From: a virus
Lineage: Duplodnaviria > Caudoviricetes
Direction: 5' to 3' (one strand)
DNA: 39,971 nt
IMG/VR virus record: IMGVR_UViG_3300049927_000070
Coordinates: 1 to 39,971 of that record
In this document: positions 36,259 through 39,971 of the stretch, piece by piece
Layout of the letters: each line of letters begins with the position of its first letter
Numbering within the stretch: the stretch's first letter is position 1
Program-made: the position numbers and the translations under genes
The notes under the pieces: model-generated
The model's database searches: none
What the model was told of the DNA's origin: nothing
What the model saw: the letters and a program-made list of their open reading frames with translations, nothing else

Positions 36259-36482
36259 CGAGGGTATGTCGATTAGCGCTAGAGGGGGTATGTCGATGCG
36301 AGGGTGTGTCGATTAGTGAGGGTAGGGCGTTGCGAGCCTATGTCGATTCCGGCCCCTAGAGGGTATGTCGATTCAGGGGGGCCTAGCGAGGGTGTGGCGA
36401 TTTACCTTAGAGGGTATGTCAAATCAGGCCCTGCGAGGGTATGTCAATTTCGGCCACACCCCTTGCGAGGGTATGTCAATTT
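36259..36482 (+). repeat. Array of about 9 GAGGGTATGTC(G/A)AT repeats
   Basis: Copies at about 36260, 36285, 36300, 36334, 36359, 36388, 36410, 36435 and 36467, several degenerate. Confidence 0.85.
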
Positions 36483-36541
36483 CAGGTCGAGGATGTATGT
36501 ATATGCAGACTTGGTGCAGTGTATGGATATTCAGACATGAG

Positions 36542-36670
36542 CTAGAAGGTCCAGTACTTGGGGTCATAGCCCTTCACGAAGAAGCACTTCCAGATCTTGA
36601 CGACCTGCTTGTAGTAGAAGACTGCTAGAAAGAGTACGGGGTTATAGTTCCAGTCGAGCCATTTCTTCAT
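36542..36670 (-). CDS. 42-aa aromatic-rich peptide
   Basis: AAAGGA SD; TTGACA(36726-36731)...TATACT promoter. Confidence 0.55.
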   Translation of the reverse strand: MKKWLDWNYNPVLFLAVFYYKQVVKIWKCFFVKGYDPKYWTF

Positions 36671-36889
36671 GGTGTTTGTATCCTTTCGTTGATATACCTC
36701 TAGTATAGGCTACATCATACAAGGATGTCAAGTACCATCTGTTGTTGCATATATGCACAGGTGTGTATAGTTTTGCGTATATGCAACCAGCTGTTGCAAC
36801 TTTTGCAAGGACTGACGAGACTGCGAGCGCCGAGCTTTATCTGATCCCTATAAAGCTGGAGCCCTCGGGACCATGCCCCGTATTCTCCA

Positions 36890-37131
36890 CCGCATCGAAA
36901 ATAGGAGCCGCATACCGCACCGCATCGACCGCATGCCTTTTAGCCGCACCGCATCGATTTTACGCGACCGCACCGCATCCGCATCGAAAAAAGCATGCTT
37001 ACCGCACCGCATGCCCGTAAGGAGGGTGACCCTCCTCCTACCGCACCGCATGCTTTTCACGACCGCATGCCCCTGACCGCATCCGCATCGTCCCGGAGGG
37101 TCACCGCATCGCCTTGACCGCATCAACCGCA
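36890..37131 (+). repeat. Array of 20 CCGCA(C/T) pentamer repeats
   Basis: I counted 20 CCGCA in about 240 bp, often as ACCGCACCGCATG/CG. Confidence 0.9.
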
Positions 37132-37172
37132 CCACATAGGCTTGAGTTGTCGGGTGGTTGAGAACCTGAGAC

Positions 37173-37209
37173 ACAACGAACTCTCCGGTATTTCCGGAGA
37201 GTTCGTTGT
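37173..37209. terminator. Strong hairpin, likely terminator
   Basis: Perfect 16-bp stem ACAACGAACTCTCCGG / CCGGAGAGTTCGTTGT with a 5-nt loop. Confidence 0.75.
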
Positions 37210-37220
37210 TTTTGCAAAAC

Positions 37221-37601
37221 TTACAACAGGCTGATCATGACTTCCTGCAAGGGCATCGTGATCTTCTCGGACGGGACAGCTGCGAACAGCGCCTTGCCGA
37301 TCCGGGAGCTCGAAGGGTCCCCGTGGATGAAGACGATCTCGTCGGAGTCGTTGGCGAGCGCGGCGAACATCTCCGCGAAGTCGACGTGTCCCTCGGCGGT
37401 CTGCTCGTACTCGAAGACGTTCATGGCGTGATCCGGCACGATGTATCGTACGGCCCGCTCCACACCCATGGCGAGGTTGCCGGTGGCCACGGAGAGGTCT
37501 CCGTTGTTCTGGACGATGAGGTCCTTGATGACGGCATCAACTGCGCCGACGGCGATGACGAGATCCATGGAACGGTCACCTGTGATGAAGATCTTTTTCA
37601 T
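37221..37601 (-). CDS. Divergent SLOG-like Rossmannoid protein
   Basis: KIFITGDRS...ATGNLAMGVERAV resembles the SLOG TGxR...GxAxGxD pattern; AAGGAG SD. Confidence 0.6.
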   Translation of the reverse strand: MKKIFITGDRSMDLVIAVGAVDAVIKDLIVQNNGDLSVATGNLAMGVERAVRYIVPDHAMNVFEYEQTAEGHVDFAEMFAALANDSDEIVFIHGDPSSSRIGKALFAAVPSEKITMPLQEVMISLL

Positions 37602-37642
37602 AGTGTTTCTCCTTTTGTTATCGTTTGTTATTTTTGTAAAAC

Positions 37643-38170
37643 TTACAACGCGCCGAGCGCGGTCGGGTCCTGACGAACCTTGCGCAGGTTGGCGATCCAG
37701 TGTCTCTGCATCTCCATGCACTCGAAGACTTCGAACGTCTTCTCGGACTTCGGATAGGCCAGCCTGTAGAGGGCGTAGGCGTCCTCGGTCAGCTGCTTCT
37801 CCTCGGCGCTGTTGCGCTCGCGGATGATCATTGCGGCCCGGAGATTGATTACGGCTATCGCCAGAGCAGCATCCACGTAGGCTGGGTCGGAGTCTGGGTC
37901 GGAGAGGATCTGATCCGCCCGCCGCTGGGCGGTACTCTCCACAGCATCAGTCACGCGCCCCACTCCGAGGACTGCGATGGCCATGGCAAGGTTGTCTTCG
38001 GTCTTGGCTGGGAAGACAACCAGATCTTTATCTCCGGTGAGCGATAGCTTAGTGATCTCAATCGAGGAGACGTTGGTGCGCTTGACGTCCTCGTTCCGGA
38101 AATTGATCTCCAGTCCGGCGAGAGGGGACCGGAACTGATTCGTGAGGCCGAGTTCTTCAAACTTTTCCAT
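37643..38170 (-). CDS. Hypothetical protein
   Basis: 175 aa; AAGGAG SD. Confidence 0.75.
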   Translation of the reverse strand: MEKFEELGLTNQFRSPLAGLEINFRNEDVKRTNVSSIEITKLSLTGDKDLVVFPAKTEDNLAMAIAVLGVGRVTDAVESTAQRRADQILSDPDSDPAYVDAALAIAVINLRAAMIIRERNSAEEKQLTEDAYALYRLAYPKSEKTFEVFECMEMQRHWIANLRKVRQDPTALGAL

Positions 38171-38182
38171 AGTGTATCTCCT

Positions 38183-38455
38183 TTAGTTGGCGGGGTTGCG
38201 GAGGGCGTTGTCTGCGCGAGAGACGCGCATGCCGTGCTTGGCGAGGATGGCGTCAATCTTGAGAGAGTCGACGGTCTGGTTGGCCTCATCGATCTGCTCC
38301 CAGAACAAGACGTACGCCCGCTGGAGTTCGGCGATCTCTCGGTCCTTGTTGGCGAAGACTTGGTTGGTCGCCCACTCGGACTGCTTCGCGTTGGCCGTGA
38401 AGATGTCGGCGAGGAGGGAGTTGAAGGGCATCTGTTCTGGTTCGTTGATCGGCAT
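38183..38455 (-). CDS. Hypothetical protein (leaderless)
   Basis: TTGACA(38485-38490)-N17-TATGCT-N6-ATG. Confidence 0.7.
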   Translation of the reverse strand: MPINEPEQMPFNSLLADIFTANAKQSEWATNQVFANKDREIAELQRAYVLFWEQIDEANQTVDSLKIDAILAKHGMRVSRADNALRNPAN

Positions 38456-38827
38456 ATACTAAGCATACATGGGTGTCGAACCTGTGTCAACAAGAAAGCC
38501 GTGAGTTCTGCTAAGTCTTCCGAACTGGACAGGGGGTCTCACGGCCTCTTGTCCCAACCTGTGACAACTGGTGAGGCTGGGAGTATTGAGTTATGTACGC
38601 AGCCTAGCATGCGCGAGGGCAAAAGAAAACCCAGCCTCAAGGGAATGTGGGGCTGGGGTCTCTCGTACTGCTCTAGCGGTACACTTTGAATAACTTAGAC
38701 ACCTCTAGTATATACCAATGATGGACAAAAGAAAACCCAGCCCCCGTTCGCAAAGGGCTGGGCTTCCTTGGATGCGTGGTCTCGACATCCTACCAGCCCC
38801 GGGGTAGTGGTTGCTGGTGGCTACAGA

Positions 38828-39448
38828 CTAAACGCTGGGTTCTTCGGCGTCAACGATTTCGCCGAGATCTTCGGGTTCGTCGGCCTTCGTGATGCGTGCT
38901 GCCATGCCCTTGAGTTTTTCAGCGATCGTGTCCGCCGCGCTCATGGTGTGTTCGACATGGACTGTGAGGTCAGGTGCGCCCTTGACTCCGGCACGGTCGA
39001 GGATCTCGGTTGCTGCCTTGAGACGTACAGCTGCTTGCGTTCCGGGATTGGTCACGAGGTCTTCGATGGCATCGATGGCGTCATCGGTCAGGCCGATCAT
39101 CCGCATGCGTGCTGCTTCGACTACGGCTTGGGCGTGCTCCTTGACGGATGGCAGGTGTCCGCCATGTTGTAGGCAGACGGTCGCACCACGTAGGCTCCAC
39201 TTCGGACAGCGCTCACCTTTGCGATCACCATTACGCACAATGCCAGTGCACCGTACGACCGGGACTGGTTCAGCCACGGTTGGCTTCCACCCCATCGGAA
39301 CGTTCAGGCCCTGTTCACCAGCCGAGTTCTTGCCAGCGCTTCGGGATGTGGTTACCACCCCATCGATAGCGTCTAGTGTCGGCGGCGCGTCCTCAAAAGG
39401 ATCGGTAATCATGATAGCTCCATGTGGCGTTTGCTCTATAAGGTTCAC
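38828..39448 (-). CDS. Probable terminase small subunit (HGGxSTG-like Zn finger plus helical domain)
   Basis: RCTG...ERC...VCLQHGG followed by AIDAIEDLV...VRLKAATEILDRAG. Confidence 0.65.
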   Translation of the reverse strand: MNLIEQTPHGAIMITDPFEDAPPTLDAIDGVVTTSRSAGKNSAGEQGLNVPMGWKPTVAEPVPVVRCTGIVRNGDRKGERCPKWSLRGATVCLQHGGHLPSVKEHAQAVVEAARMRMIGLTDDAIDAIEDLVTNPGTQAAVRLKAATEILDRAGVKGAPDLTVHVEHTMSAADTIAEKLKGMAARITKADEPEDLGEIVDAEEPSV

Positions 39449-39971
39449 CTTAAAGTATACACTTAAGGAGTATCTTGTTGTATGGACAAGTATATATGAT
39501 AAAGGTCCTATTATGGAGATTAGACGACTTGTGGTCCGACTCCCCTTCGACCACTACATGTAGTAGTTACCTCGGCTTCTTACCATTGTGGATAAACACC
39601 ATCGCCACACGCCGCACCGGCATGTACATTGCCGAACCTAGCCAGCGTGACGCACGCCAACTCTCAGACCGTCCGATCAGATACGAGAACCGCCCGGTAT
39701 CAAACTGCGGGCGCAAGGGAATCATCTCGTGCGTGCACCCCTGCTTGTTCCACCGCCGCTGCGCTCTTGTCCTCTTCATCGTACCGGCCCAACTTCAGTC
39801 GCATTGTCAGCTAGTCGAAATATCTTTTTGCAAGATTTACAGATGTAGCGCGTATCCACCGCAATCATCTGCACAAGGGAATACACCCAACACGGTCGGC
39901 ACGTCGGCCACAACACAGTATGCTCGCAGTGAGGGCAGGACACCTTAACGTATATCTCGGCCTCGTGGTCG

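Larger units (their letters stand above)
23336..39842. repeat. Dispersed 15-bp palindromic TTGYAA-N3-TTRCAA sites (about 24 copies)
   Basis: Copies start at 23336 (triple), 23810, 24259, 24678, 25175, 26573, 26693, 27683, 28579 (triple), 28832 (triple), 29238, 30248, 31019, 31307, 31715, 32385, 32609, 33286, 33549, 34169, 34429, 36794, 37212, 37634 and 39828. A few have one mismatch. Confidence 0.9.

Noticed and set aside
36259-37131. CRISPR array interpretation of the two repeat arrays
   Set aside because: Repeats are only 5-14 bp, degenerate and irregularly spaced, with no unique 30-40 bp spacers and no cas genes.
36304-37174. Track ORFs across the repeat arrays
   Set aside because: They are translations of DNA repeats with no SD or codon bias.
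38495-38825. tRNA genes
   Set aside because: Hairpins are present but I found no cloverleaf with a T-loop GTTCRA and matching acceptor stem.

Overview
GC-rich dsDNA phage segment, most consistent with a large lytic actinobacteriophage. No tRNA, rRNA, CRISPR array or integrase was seen. Left part, all on the minus strand: a portal gene (6978-8663) is followed by a giant ORF that starts at 6974, runs off the window edge (at least 2324 aa) and is missing from the ORF track. My manual translation of it shows two VIP2-type ADP-ribosyltransferase (ART) domains, a HopBF1/PI3K-like kinase, KOW/SH3-like units and about 10 copies of an LPxGT...KxxxxW repeat. A 58-codon out-of-frame gene with a perfect Shine-Dalgarno (SD) is nested just after the second ART. 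Upstream of the portal lie a metallophosphoesterase, a PRPS-like plus NAMPT-like pair (NARP1-type NAD+ reconstitution), SLOG, DUF3307, DUF4406 and many small genes. The 23.2-37.2 kb block has convergent small early-type genes with many sigma-70-type promoters and is bracketed by low-complexity repeat arrays; it may be a collapsed long terminal repeat. About 24 copies of a 15-bp TTGYAA-N3-TTRCAA site lie between 23.3 and 39.8 kb, many inside genes. A probable terminase small subunit is at 38828-39448. All family calls are from motif recognition, not database searches.
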